This document shows, piece by piece, positions 1 to 10,400 of a stretch of DNA of 64,000 nt. The notes beneath the pieces are model-generated. The model was given only the letters and a program-made list of their open reading frames with translations. It made no database searches and had not been told where the DNA came from. The stretch comes from Bradymonadia bacterium (GTDB lineage Bacteria; Myxococcota_A; Bradymonadia; UBA7976; UBA1532), in contig JBKAGE010000082.1 in the NCBI GenBank assembly GCA_046290225.1, forward strand, positions 192,001-256,000. The letters run 5' to 3'. Both the position numbers and the translations under genes were made by a program. Numbering within the stretch: position 1 is the stretch's first letter; each line of letters starts with the position of its first letter.

Positions 1-528
1 GGGCTGCGGAGGTGGTGGCGGAGGCGGCTCCACCCGGGTCACCACCGTGGGCGGAGGCGGCGGAGGCGGCTCGGGGGGCAAACGGAGCTGAGAGCCCACG
101 GTATAGGCCGAGGTGCCGCCGAGGGCGAAGACCTTGATGTAGTACTTGCTCGGCTTCTTGTTCACCGGGATCTTGAAGTAGTAATCCGGGCGCTTCGCCG
201 TGATCGTCTGGCGGTCGAGGCGGGCACCGAAGTCGTCGTGTAGGGTGATCTCACCCCCCTCTACGCCTTCGGGCGCATCCATCCGCACCGAGATCGTCAG
301 ATCGCCCTTGTCGAAGACATCGAGGTACTTCCAGTCGGTGTTGTCGCCGTTGGCGCCGTCGATGCGATCGGTGACGCTCTGATTGACCTGACCGGCGAGC
401 CTGGCCCGATCTCGGACCTCGTCGCCTTCGCTGCGGCTGTCGATGCCGCCGCCGATGGCCCCGCAGGCCGTGAGACCCAGCGCCATCAGCGCCACCAGCG
501 CCTTGATCCTGCTCATGTGCCCGTTCAT
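1..528 (-). CDS. Lipoprotein with PPC-like beta-sandwich domain and Pro-rich linker; paralog of 525..1436; runs off the window edge
   Basis: Not in the ORF track. Manual translation from the ATG at 528, which overlaps the TGA of the upstream gene: MNGHMSRIKALVALMALGLTAC...GDNTDWKYLDV...DDFGARLD...PPEPPPPPP. Lipobox LTAC; shares GDNTDWKY and DxFGAxLD with its neighbour. Confidence 0.75.
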   Translation of the reverse strand, partial: MNGHMSRIKALVALMALGLTACGAIGGGIDSRSEGDEVRDRARLAGQVNQSVTDRIDGANGDNTDWKYLDVFDKGDLTISVRMDAPEGVEGGEITLHDDFGARLDRQTITAKRPDYYFKIPVNKKPSKYYIKVFALGGTSAYTVGSQLRLPPEPPPPPPPTVVTRVEPPPPPPPQP

Positions 529-1436
529 GGGATCACCCTCACCTTTTTGCTGCCAGCGAGGCGCTCCACCGTCGCCGAGCACTGGGCCACCGAGGCCTTC
601 GCCGTCACCTTCACGATGCGGATGCTCACACCCTGCACCATGCCACCAGAGCGATCGAGAAGCACCGCCCTCTGCCCCTGCTTGACCCCGTCGTTCGCCC
701 CAATGTTCAAGGTGATGAACGACTTCCACTTCTGGCTGGCCTTCGGGCTGTTCACCATCTTCAAGATGGTGCCGTTCACCCCTGAGGGGGGCGGCCCGCC
801 CTGGGGCACGGACCCACCTCGGCGGCGACGGCCACGACCCCGGCGACGGCCACGGGGCTGGGGTGCTGGATCGAGGCCACCGACCTCCACCGGAGGCACG
901 TCGACATAGTCCTCTACAGCGACGGGCACCTGCTCGAGGCTGCGATCGTCGTGCACGAACGAGGTGAACTCGGCGTTGATGGTGTAGACACTCTTGCCGC
1001 CTTCGGTGAAGAGGCGCACGAAGTGCGTGCCGGGCTTCACCCGGAGCTCGATCTTGTCTTTTTCGAGCTCCGAGGAGTGCTTGCGAGAGTCGAGCAGCGC
1101 GCCGAAACGATCGCGCACGTCGATGATGGCGTCGACGTCACGGTTGTCCCAGTACACCGTCAGCTGCAGGATCCCCTGCTGCTCGACCTTCACGTACTTC
1201 CAGTCGGTGTTGTCGCCTTCTTTGGCGCTGAGGTAGTCGTCGGTGAGCGTCTCCATTCGAAGGCGCTTGGCCCCCGGGCGCTCTTTGTCCTCACCAGAGG
1301 CCGAGTCGGGCTTCACCTCGACCTCGCCACACCCCGAAAGAGGCAGACACAGGCAAGCCGTGATCAGGCAGAAATACTTCAGAGTTGGCCACTTGCCGCT
1401 CATGTCGCGCCCACAGTGCGTCGGTTCCGTTGGCAT
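525..1436 (-). CDS. Lipoprotein with PPC-like domain and a C-terminal FlgT-C-like small beta domain
   Basis: 303-aa ORF with lipobox LSGC, GDNTDWKY motif, and C-terminal ITLNIGANDGVKQGQ...IRIVKV resembling FlgT C-terminal domains. The true start may be the Met of MSGKWPTL. Confidence 0.65.
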   Translation of the reverse strand: MPTEPTHCGRDMSGKWPTLKYFCLITACLCLPLSGCGEVEVKPDSASGEDKERPGAKRLRMETLTDDYLSAKEGDNTDWKYVKVEQQGILQLTVYWDNRDVDAIIDVRDRFGALLDSRKHSSELEKDKIELRVKPGTHFVRLFTEGGKSVYTINAEFTSFVHDDRSLEQVPVAVEDYVDVPPVEVGGLDPAPQPRGRRRGRGRRRRGGSVPQGGPPPSGVNGTILKMVNSPKASQKWKSFITLNIGANDGVKQGQRAVLLDRSGGMVQGVSIRIVKVTAKASVAQCSATVERLAGSKKVRVIP

Positions 1437-1661
1437 TTGAAGTACATTTCCGAGACCTCCGGTGTCAATCCGCGTGGAAATGATTGAGAAAAACCTGCGC
1501 CGTCGCCTGAAGATTCCCCGACGACCCCGTCGATGAAGTCACGCATGAGCACAGCCTTCGATCTTTTCGCCGCGGCGCTCTACCCGTGAGCGCTTTTTCC
1601 TTGCCAGCCAGCCTCAGAGGCTGACATAGCTGTGACCCCATGCTGCGTCTGTGGAGACGGA

Positions 1662-2249
1662 GTGGCACAGCACCGCATTGTCAGACAAATCTCTGAAGTC
1701 TTTGCCACCACCCTCGAAGATGGGGTCAAAGACATCCTGGGCCGCACCATTCAGGTGGTCACTGGCCCACCCTTGCGCGAAAAATTCACGCGTCTGCCCG
1801 CGTTGGGTGTCTACCTGTATCGGGTGGTCGTTCTGCCACAGCGCCGCGAGTTCTCGCCCACCCTGGTCACCACCATCGACCAGGAAGGCAACATCGAAGA
1901 GTACTTCCAGGATCCGTCTGTCTACTTGGGCCTCGATTACCTGATCAGCGCCTGGGCCGACGACGATCCCGAGCTACAAGAGCTGCTTGGTGCCGCCACC
2001 AGGGCCATGCTCATGCACCCGGTCTTCGAGGGCAGCACCCTCGAGGGCGACGCCTTCGACCCGGAAGATCGGGTGGTCATGCGCCCTGTGGAAGACCTGT
2101 CTGCAGAGTTTCTCATGTCACTCTGGCGTGGTTTTGGAGAACATCTGCGGCCCTCGGTGGCATATCGGGCCAAAGCATGGTTAGACTCGCCCCGCCGAGT
2201 CGCAGGATTCAAACGCGTGGGCTCCCGACAACTCGTCGTCGATCGGTGA
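1662..2249 (+). CDS. Pvc16/Afp16-like (DUF4255) tail terminator/cap protein
   Basis: LGVYLYRV, YLGLDYLISAW, LLGAATRAMLMHP and SLWRGFGEHLRPSVAY motifs typical of DUF4255. GTG at 1662 follows a GGAGA RBS; the gene precedes the sheath. Confidence 0.8.
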   Translation: MAQHRIVRQISEVFATTLEDGVKDILGRTIQVVTGPPLREKFTRLPALGVYLYRVVVLPQRREFSPTLVTTIDQEGNIEEYFQDPSVYLGLDYLISAWADDDPELQELLGAATRAMLMHPVFEGSTLEGDAFDPEDRVVMRPVEDLSAEFLMSLWRGFGEHLRPSVAYRAKAWLDSPRRVAGFKRVGSRQLVVDR

Positions 2250-2278
2250 GGGGAGCAACCCATGTGTGAGCGCATCGC

Positions 2279-2320
2279 TGATAACGAACAGTTGATAACG
2301 AACTGCTGAGAACAAACCGC
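2279..2320 (+). repeat. Three 14-bp degenerate direct repeats upstream of the sheath gene
   Basis: tgataacgaacagt / tgataacgaactgc / tgagaacaaaccgc. Confidence 0.6.
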
Positions 2321-2337
2321 CGAGAGAGGAAGAGGCA

Positions 2338-3498
2338 ATGAAGGAGTATTTGTCCCCAGGTGTCTACGTCGAAGAGGTGCCCAGTGCCAGCAAGCCCATC
2401 GAGGCGGTGGGCACCAGCACTGTGGGCTTCATCGGTGTAAGTTCCCGGGGCCCGGTCAACGTGCCGGTCCTGTGCCCCAACTGGAGCACCTTCACCAAGA
2501 ACTTCGGTGACTTCAAAGACGGCGGCCACTTCGCTCATGCTGTCTACGGCTTCTTCAACAACGGCGGCTCCCGCTGCTTCGTGCTCAACGTCGGCGACGA
2601 CGAGGCCAACAAAGACAAGAACCACGCCAGCCTCGCCGCTCGCTTCCTCGGCGAAGACAAGGGCCCCGGCGCCCGTAGCGGTCTGTTCTGCTTCGAGGAG
2701 ATCGAGGAGATCTCCATCGTCGTGGCCCCCGGCCAGACCGATCCTGCCATTCAGGATGCCGTGCTGAGCCACTGCGAGAAGATGCGCTACCGCATGGCCA
2801 TCCTCGACTGCCCCGAGGTCATCGAGGAAGGCGGCGTCGACAAGCTGCCCAAGCCCCGTGACTCCAAGTACGGCGCCTACTACTTCCCCTGGATCCAGGT
2901 GTACGATCCCCAGGAGGGCGAGATCTTCGTGCCCCCCTCGGGCCACATGGCCGGCATCTACGCCCGCTCCGACGGTGAGCGCGGCGTGCACAAGGCCCCC
3001 GCCAACGAGGTGGTCCGCGGCGCCCTCGACCTCAAGTACCAGGTCACCAAGGGCGAGCAGGACATCCTCAACCCCAAGGGCATCAACTGCATCCGTTACT
3101 TCGACGGCCGCGGCATCCGCGTCTGGGGCGCCCGCACCATCTCGAGCGATCCCGAGTGGCGCTACGTGAACGTCCGCCGTCTGTTCAACATGGTGGAGAA
3201 GTCCATCGAGGACGGCACCCAGTGGGTGGTCTTCGAGCCCAACGATCAGACCCTCTGGAAGCGCGTGACCCGCAACATCACCGCCTTCCTCTTGCGGGTG
3301 TGGCGTGAGGGCGGCCTCTTCGGTGAGACCCCCGAGCAGGCCTTCTACGTGAAGTGCGACGCCGAGACCAACCCCCCGGAGGTCATCGACGCCGGCCAGC
3401 TCATCGTCGAGATCGGCATGTGCCCCACCAAGCCTGCCGAGTTCGTGATCTTCCGCATTGGCCAGATGCCCACCGGTGGTGACTCCATCGAGGGCTGA
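2338..3498 (+). CDS. Contractile tail sheath protein (short form)
   Basis: YLSPGVYVEEV N-terminus, FFNNGG, PPSGHMAGIYAR, VHKAPANE, VWGART, WRYVNVRR, WVVFEPN, PAEFVIFRI. Confidence 0.95.
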   Translation: MKEYLSPGVYVEEVPSASKPIEAVGTSTVGFIGVSSRGPVNVPVLCPNWSTFTKNFGDFKDGGHFAHAVYGFFNNGGSRCFVLNVGDDEANKDKNHASLAARFLGEDKGPGARSGLFCFEEIEEISIVVAPGQTDPAIQDAVLSHCEKMRYRMAILDCPEVIEEGGVDKLPKPRDSKYGAYYFPWIQVYDPQEGEIFVPPSGHMAGIYARSDGERGVHKAPANEVVRGALDLKYQVTKGEQDILNPKGINCIRYFDGRGIRVWGARTISSDPEWRYVNVRRLFNMVEKSIEDGTQWVVFEPNDQTLWKRVTRNITAFLLRVWREGGLFGETPEQAFYVKCDAETNPPEVIDAGQLIVEIGMCPTKPAEFVIFRIGQMPTGGDSIEG

Positions 3499-3857
3499 GG
3501 CAGCAGCACTGTCCTGGCATTGCTGTCATGGCGTTGTTGTCATGACGTTGCAGTGACAGCCAGTCTGTCATCAATGCCTTGTAAAGGCTGAGCGGCCTGG
3601 GGGGCGTAGACCCCACTTGCCGTAAAAGAAGAAAAAAACCAAGTCATCGAGAACGTTTATCGGCACGGTGACTTGAACAACACAGCCCCTCCCGCTTGAA
3701 TATGCGGCGTATCCTTCACAGCTGAGGGAGCGCCGCACCAGCCAACAACGAGGGGGTCTGGTCGCATTCATCATGTCCGACACACCATGTGTCGGGTGTA
3801 AAGACTTGAACCGCGGACTGGTCTTCCAGGCCGCCTTGTAGAGCGGAGTGGTAATCA

Positions 3858-4313
3858 ATGGGGTTGTTCAGCGACAATCGCCGTAAGCACGATCACATCG
3901 GTAACTTCAACTTCAAGGTCGAGATCGACGGCGTCACCGTCGGCGCTTTCCGTAACGTCGAAGGCCTCGACGCGGAGACCGAGGTGGTGGAGTACCAGGA
4001 CGGCGACGACCTGCGCCTGCGCAAGCGCCCTGGTCGTACCAAGTACTCCGACATCACCCTCAAGCGTGGCTACATCTCCACCATGGAGCTCTGGGACTGG
4101 CGTAAGCGGGTGATGGACGGCGTGGTGCAGCGCAAGTCCGGCTCCATCGTCCTGTGTAACGACAAGGGCGACGAGGTCATGCGCTACAACTTCTATGATG
4201 GATGGCCCTCCAAGTGGAAGGGCTTCACCCTCGACGGTAAGGGTACTGACGCTGTGGTCGAGGAGATCTCCATCAGCCACGAGTACCTCGAGCGCGTCCA
4301 GGGCAGCAACTGA
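3858..4313 (+). CDS. Tail tube protein (T4 gp19-like)
   Basis: FNFKVEIDG, EYQDG, RPGRTKYSDITLKRG, LWDWR, RKSGSIVL, WPSKW. Confidence 0.95.
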   Translation: MGLFSDNRRKHDHIGNFNFKVEIDGVTVGAFRNVEGLDAETEVVEYQDGDDLRLRKRPGRTKYSDITLKRGYISTMELWDWRKRVMDGVVQRKSGSIVLCNDKGDEVMRYNFYDGWPSKWKGFTLDGKGTDAVVEEISISHEYLERVQGSN

Positions 4314-4541
4314 TCACATTGATGATGAGTGTGCTCACGCACACTCACCAGCATTTGATCAGTCACCTCATGCGCGCAGTTGAGCGTGTGTGAGGGCACA
4401 TCTCGCGCCCGCCAGGACTTCACGGCCCTGGCGGGTGTTTTTACATCAGGGCCCGACCAGGGAGACGTGATTGTCCGAGGACACCACACCCCGGTCGCGT
4501 ACACTTTAATCCCCCTACCGGCGACACATCCGAGGGCTTAC

Positions 4542-4913
4542 ATGGCGTTCCAGACGGAGTTCCCGTTCACCCTGCCCAAGGGCTACGTGGATCAGGACGG
4601 CAACCTGCATCGCGAAGGCGTGATGCGACTGGCCACCGCAAAAGACGAAATCGCACCTTTGCAGGACTACCGAGTTCAGCAGAACCGTGCGTACCTGGTC
4701 ATCATCTTGCTGTCTCGAGTCATCATCAAGCTCGGCAGCTTGAAATCAGTGAGTCCCAACACCATCGAGGGCCTGTTCTCTTCAGATCTGGCCTACCTGC
4801 AGGAGTTCTACCGGCGGGTCAACGAAGATGGTGGCGCGAAGCTCGAGACCACCTGTCCCGCCTGTGGGCATAAGTACGAGCTGGATCTGGGCACTGACAT
4901 GGGGGAATCCTGA
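4542..4913 (+). CDS. Tail assembly chaperone
   Basis: MAFQTEFPFTLPKGYVDQDG...GVMRLATAKDEI...DLAYLQEFYRRVN...CPACG, the typical eCIS chaperone. ATG at 4542 chosen over the TTG at 4380. Confidence 0.85.
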   Translation: MAFQTEFPFTLPKGYVDQDGNLHREGVMRLATAKDEIAPLQDYRVQQNRAYLVIILLSRVIIKLGSLKSVSPNTIEGLFSSDLAYLQEFYRRVNEDGGAKLETTCPACGHKYELDLGTDMGES

Positions 4914-5071
4914 GCTACCCCCTGGATCGTATTTTCCAGGAGGTAGCGTACATCGCCTATCACTTCCACTGGACCGCCGATGACATCCTCGCCATGGAGC
5001 ACCGCGAGCGTCAGATGTGGATCCGGGAGATTTCGGCCATCAACCGGGAGATCAATGACTCCCGCTCATAG
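4901..5071 (+). CDS. DUF6760-like chaperone extension, probably reached by -1 frameshift from the chaperone ORF
   Basis: The -1 frame reads GGILSYPLDRIFQEVAYIAYHFHWTADDILAMEHRERQMWIREISAINREINDSRS*. There is no ATG/GTG/TTG before the conserved core; GGGGGAA lies at 4901-4907. Confidence 0.8.
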   Translation, partial: GGILSYPLDRIFQEVAYIAYHFHWTADDILAMEHRERQMWIREISAINREINDSRS

Positions 5072-5087
5072 AGACTGACTGTTATTC

Positions 5088-6851
5088 ATGACCACAGTCC
5101 GCGCCCCCGGTGTTTACTACGAGCCCAGCGAGCAGCGTATTCCCCAGCTGAGCCTCGGGCGTACAGGTATGCCGGTGTTTCTCGGCGTCACCCGGCGGGG
5201 CCCGCTCGATCGGCCGGTCCGCATCACCAGCCTCAACCACTTTGAAGAGATCTTCGGAGAGCCCATCACCGATGGCTATCTGATCCCGTCGCTGACGGGC
5301 TTCTTCGACAATGGTGGTGACGAGTGCTACGTGCTCCGCATCGCCCGGGAGAAGGGCCGCCCGGGGGAAGATGTCGCCCTCACCTCGGAGATGGTGGCCC
5401 TCGATGGTGCGGGTTCAGAGGTCCTGCACATCGAGGCTCAGGATCCAGGCAGCTGGGGCAACCACCTGCGCATCACCCTGGCGCCCACACCTGATCCGCT
5501 GCGCACGTTTCTCACCCGAGACGGGGCGGCGGGTGATGCCACCCTGCAGGTGAAGACAACCCATGCCATGCAGGTGGGCACGCTCGTCGAGATCACTGAT
5601 GGTGAGTCGGCCCATTGGGCCCAGGTGAAAGACATCTCCGGCAAGATGCTCACGCTGAGCGAGGCCTTGCCCAAGGCATACAAGTCAGCGGCGCCGACCT
5701 ATGTGATCCCTCACACCTTCGATCTGCACGTGGCCGGCGCCTACGGTGAAGGGGCCGAGAGCTATACTCAGCTCTCGCTCCATGGCGCTTCGCTCCGCTT
5801 CGCCGAGCGGCTCATCAACAAGCAGAGTCGCCTCATCAAAATCCAGGTGATTCGCAACGGCTCGCCCTTGAGCCACAGCTTGCCCGTACCGGTGGCCCAT
5901 CAGCCCCTCGAAGGCGGCCAGGACGGTGTGGCCGATCTGGGCCCCGACGACTTCATCGGCTACGACCGGGGGCCACAGGCCCGCCGCGGCCTGTGGACTC
6001 TGGTGGAGCACCCGCAGATCGATCTGGTGGCGATCCCCGATCTCATGAGCGCCTACGAGCGCAGCGATCGCTTCAAGACCTTGCGCGACGTCGACGCCGT
6101 GCAAGAGGCGGCGATCACCCTCTGTGAAAATTCGCTCAACCGCTTCGCCATCCTCGATCTGCCCCCTGGGGGTGACTACGAAGAGGCGCTGCGCTGGCGA
6201 CGACAGTTCGACAGCCCGCACGCCGCCTTCTACTACCCCTGGGTGGTGGTCCTCGAAGGCGGTCGGCGACGGGCGGTGCCGCCTTCGGGTCACGTCGCCG
6301 GCATCTTCTCTCGGTGTGATCGCAACATCGGCATCCACAAGGCCCCGGCGAACGAGATCATCGAAGGTGTGGTCGATCTCGATGTTTTGCTGCAAGACGC
6401 CCACCTCGCTCTCTTGAACGAGGCAGGGGTGAACTGCCTCCGGGCCTTCGCCTCACGTGGCCTGCGGGTCTGGGGTGCGCGGACGGCGAGCAGCGAGGCG
6501 GAGTGGCGATACATCAGCGTCAGGCGCACGATGAGCGCCATCCACGCAGCCATCGATCAGGGGTGTCAGTGGGCGGTGTTCGAGCCTAACGGGCCGAGCC
6601 TGTGGAAACGACTTACCCGGCTGATCACGGGATTTCTCATGGACCTTCGAAGCCGGGGAATCCTTGCAGGGGAGCAGCCCGAAGAGGCTTTCTACGTGCG
6701 CTGTGACAACGAGACGAATCCCCCTGACGCCATCGACAACGGTATGTTGATCACCGAAATTGGTCTGGCCATCACTCGACCGGTGGAGTTCATCATTTTC
6801 CGACTCGCTCAGAGATTGGAAGATGAAGCACAGCAGTTGGAGGAGAGCTGA
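5088..6851 (+). CDS. Second contractile tail sheath protein (long form with insertion)
   Basis: APGVYYE, FFDNGG, PGSWGN, PPSGHVAG, HKAPANE, VWGART, WRYISVRR, WAVFEPN, PVEFIIFRL. Confidence 0.93.
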   Translation: MTTVRAPGVYYEPSEQRIPQLSLGRTGMPVFLGVTRRGPLDRPVRITSLNHFEEIFGEPITDGYLIPSLTGFFDNGGDECYVLRIAREKGRPGEDVALTSEMVALDGAGSEVLHIEAQDPGSWGNHLRITLAPTPDPLRTFLTRDGAAGDATLQVKTTHAMQVGTLVEITDGESAHWAQVKDISGKMLTLSEALPKAYKSAAPTYVIPHTFDLHVAGAYGEGAESYTQLSLHGASLRFAERLINKQSRLIKIQVIRNGSPLSHSLPVPVAHQPLEGGQDGVADLGPDDFIGYDRGPQARRGLWTLVEHPQIDLVAIPDLMSAYERSDRFKTLRDVDAVQEAAITLCENSLNRFAILDLPPGGDYEEALRWRRQFDSPHAAFYYPWVVVLEGGRRRAVPPSGHVAGIFSRCDRNIGIHKAPANEIIEGVVDLDVLLQDAHLALLNEAGVNCLRAFASRGLRVWGARTASSEAEWRYISVRRTMSAIHAAIDQGCQWAVFEPNGPSLWKRLTRLITGFLMDLRSRGILAGEQPEEAFYVRCDNETNPPDAIDNGMLITEIGLAITRPVEFIIFRLAQRLEDEAQQLEES

Positions 6852-6853
6852 GT

Positions 6854-7363
6854 ATGCGCAGAAGCAGGAGAAGTCGCGGCGGCAGCGGTGCTTCCGCTGG
6901 GAACAGCAGCGCGCCCACTCGAAACCCCGCCCTGGTCAGCGTTCAAAGCCGGCCCATGGGCAAGTTCCGCTTCAAGTTCGAGGTCGACGGCATCACCATG
7001 GCCCACTTTCAAAGCGTGACGGGGCTCGGCCACGAGATCGAGGTCCTCGAACAGCAAGAGGGCGGGGTCAACGAATACATGCACAAGCTCCCCGGCCAGG
7101 GGCGCTACTCCAACTTGGTGCTCAAGGTGGGCTGGGTCAGCACCCAGCTCGTCGAAGACTGGCACATGGGCTTCGCCCGCAACCCCAAAGGGGTTCAGCG
7201 CAAGACCGGCGCCCTCGTGCTCCTCGATGACGCGGGGCAAGAGGCAAAGCGCTGGGACTTCAAGGGCGCCTGGCCCGTGAAGTGGGAAGGCCCTGCCCCT
7301 GACACCAGCCAGAGCGCCATCGCGGTCGAGTCCATCGAGATCGCCTATGAGCAGCTGACCTGA
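6854..7363 (+). CDS. Second tail tube protein (gp19-like)
   Basis: FRFKFEVDG, QEGGVNEYMHKLPG, WPVKWEGP, AVESIEIAYE. Short basic N-terminal extension; alternative ATG at 6956. Confidence 0.9.
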   Translation: MRRSRRSRGGSGASAGNSSAPTRNPALVSVQSRPMGKFRFKFEVDGITMAHFQSVTGLGHEIEVLEQQEGGVNEYMHKLPGQGRYSNLVLKVGWVSTQLVEDWHMGFARNPKGVQRKTGALVLLDDAGQEAKRWDFKGAWPVKWEGPAPDTSQSAIAVESIEIAYEQLT

Positions 7364-7406
7364 GAGCACCCGAGAGGGTCACGAGACACGCCAACACAGG
7401 TGGGAC

Positions 7407-10400
7407 ATGAGCGATTCTGGCATTGGGACGAGTGAAGGCACGTTGCGGGTCGGCGAGATTCTGCGCAGCCCCACGCCTGATCATGCCGACACCGGCCTGA
7501 TCTCGGCCATGACCGCCTTCTCGGGCGGCATCTCCACCCGACTCGAATCGTTCGGCATGGCCGCCGACACCGAGTCTGCGGGTGGCCTCGTGAATGATCT
7601 CGCCTCGCGCTGGGCTCTGCCCTCGGGCGCAGCCGCCTTCGAGGTCGTCGACGCTGACAGCTTCGACGACCTGCTGGTGGACTGGTCGGTCTCTGTAGAT
7701 GGCTACACCGATCTCATCTACGATCTGCCCCACTCCATCTATGTTGTCCCTGTCGATCCCGTAGAAGAGCCCACTGGCTTCCCGGCCCGCTCGGTGATGC
7801 CCCGCCGCACCGCAGCCCCGCGGCCTCAGCCGCCCCGTGGCGCCCTGGAGGCGGTAAAGGTGGCAGGCCGACGGCCCACCCCCTCGGCCCCTCGAGTGGT
7901 GAAGGAGCGCTGGAGAGCTACGGATGAAGCGGCCCCTGAGGGCCTGCTGAGCCCCTACCCTGCAGCCATGGGTCAGGCAGGTGCCATCGACAGCGCGCTG
8001 CTCCGCTTCCCCGATGCCCGGGCCGAGGTGCGTCAGGGCCAGCGACGGGCGGTGATCGTCGACAATGGGCCCAGCCCCCTCGCAGGTGCCGGGTGGTCTC
8101 CTCGAGCCTCCGGGACAGCACCAGCAGTGCGGGCAGCAGAGATGATCGCCGAGCGCAGCGCTCAGTTCGACCAGCTACAAACCCTCACGCCCCCCGCGGC
8201 GGCGGTGGGCTTCTGGCTGGTGGAGCCTGATGGCCCCACCACCCCAGGCGGCATCGAGCGGATGGCCACTGATCTGGCGGCAGAGCCCACAACCCGCGTG
8301 AGCGAGCTGGCCTATGACGCCCCGGTGATGACGGCTGTGCGCCCTCGAGCACCGATGGCGCAACAACACACCACGCGCCACCCTGGGCAATGGCAACGGA
8401 TCGGTGAGCGCGCAGTGACGCCGCTCCTCACCCGCCGCCCGCCCATCTCTGTACAGCCTGCTTCAGTGCAGCTTGCTTCAGGGCAATCCGCTTCAGGGCT
8501 GCCCGCCTCAGGGCTGCCCGCCTCAGTGCAGCAGGGCCCCTCTGCCACTGCGCCCGCTCAGGCCGGGCTTGCCGCTCAGCGCCCAACACTGAGCCCTGTG
8601 CTGCCACCGAGCCCCACGGCGCGTATGGGGCTGCCCGCCGATACACACAACGTCTCGGCTTCAGTACCCAGCACAGCAGTGAGTGCTGTGCCCCGGCTCA
8701 ACCCTGTGGCGCCGGCAGCGCTCTCTGCACCGCACCGGACATCTCCCATAGGCGCCAGGCGCGGTACCGCGATCAGTGATCGCATCGCCCCGCTCACCCG
8801 TCGGCCGTCCATGCCCGTCCGCCCGACGATGTCTTCCGCTGTGGCTCTGAGCGAGTCCGCCCTCGCAGCCCCTCAGGCATCGACCCCCTGGTGGTCCGAA
8901 GGCTGGCACGAGGCGCTCTCTGAAGAGCTGGTCAGCCCTCGGGCTGTCTCAGCGCCACAGGCTGCAGTCACACCAACTACAGTCACACCGGCCACAGCCT
9001 CTGCCATGGCCCCCCAGGCTCCACCGAGCGCCTCCACGAGCCCCTTGCAGCCGGTTCTTCAGCCAGCCCCCATGGCCGCCTCGGCGCTCAGTTCGATGAC
9101 GCGGAGCGCCTTTGTGCCCCGAGGGCTCAGCGGCGCGACGACCACGCGGCCTTCGATGCTGCCCATGGCCTCGGCAGAGCGCACCGCAGCATTCGCGCAG
9201 CCAGCAGCACGACGAGCAGTTGGCCAACCAGCTCACCTGAGCGCTGCGCCTCTCTCCCGCCTCACTTCACGGGGCGATACAGGCGTCTCTGAACTGTGGA
9301 CCGAGGCCCCGACGCCTGAGTTCTACCGTGCCCCCGCGTCGGCATCCCCGGCCTCTGCGGTGCAACACACCAACTCGACGTCGACCCCTGTGGCCCGACG
9401 TGCCTCAATGGCTCAAGCCACCGCTTCGCAACCTGGCACCTCGCAGCACAGCGCAGTCCGCCAGCAGGCCTTGACCGTAGCGAGCCAGCGCCCCATCTCG
9501 CGTAGCGCCGACAGAGGGCGTAAGGTTGCCGTATCGAGTTCGACGCCGGCAGTGACACCGAGCCTGACCTCGATCCGCGCCGTTGCCTCTGCAGCACATC
9601 GCGGTGAGTTCGTGCCTCAGCAGGCCCTTCAAGCCCAACAGCTTGCCGCCCTCGTAGAAGGGCAGGCCCTCGGCGGTCAGGTGGGCAGGCCCGCTTCGAG
9701 CCCCTGGCAGCGCCCAGGGTACGCACGGGCTGAGGGCACTCTGATCCGGGCAACGTCTGTGACCGGGCCTCAAGAGGCACACGCCATCACCCAGGCGCAT
9801 GCAGGCAACACCGGTCGTACGGTGATGCCCAGCCAGACTGTGGGCACACGCAACCCGACCATCAGCTCAGCGGCCGACGCTGTGGCCGTCCGTACTGCAG
9901 CCCCCTTCATGCCCGCCTCACTGGCAGCGACGACACCGGCAGGGGGCAGCACCTCTGAGGCGACTCTGCCGGGGCGAGCTCGACAATCTATGGGGATGAT
10001 CTCCATCGACCCGTCGACCACCAGCGCTCCGATGGGGACCGCAGTCCAGATGCCCGAGATCTTCCGCGGCCTGGGCAGCGTGCACCAGCAACGCTTGGAG
10101 ACGTTCCTCGCCCAAGTGGGGCTCGCACCCATGCGCGAGGAGGCCAACCTCTCATTGGGTCAGGTGGCTGAGATCACTGAGGGCCTGCATCTGAGCGACG
10201 ACATGCTCGGTGGAGGCACTGGCGAGCTGGTTCAGCCCATCGCCGAAGCCACCACCGACCCCTCGGAGCCAGGGGCGGCCCAACCTCAGCAGCGCAGAGC
10301 GCGTCAACGCACAGAAGCCGCCACCCAAACAGCGGTCACCCGAGCCACTGAGCGCCTCAGCGCCACCATCGCGGCCCACACCGCTCAGCTTGCCGCCAGC

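Noticed and set aside
3661..3677. sigma54-like site cggcacggtgacttgaa upstream of the tube gene
   Set aside because: The -12 GC is missing and the spacing does not fit GG-N10-GC.
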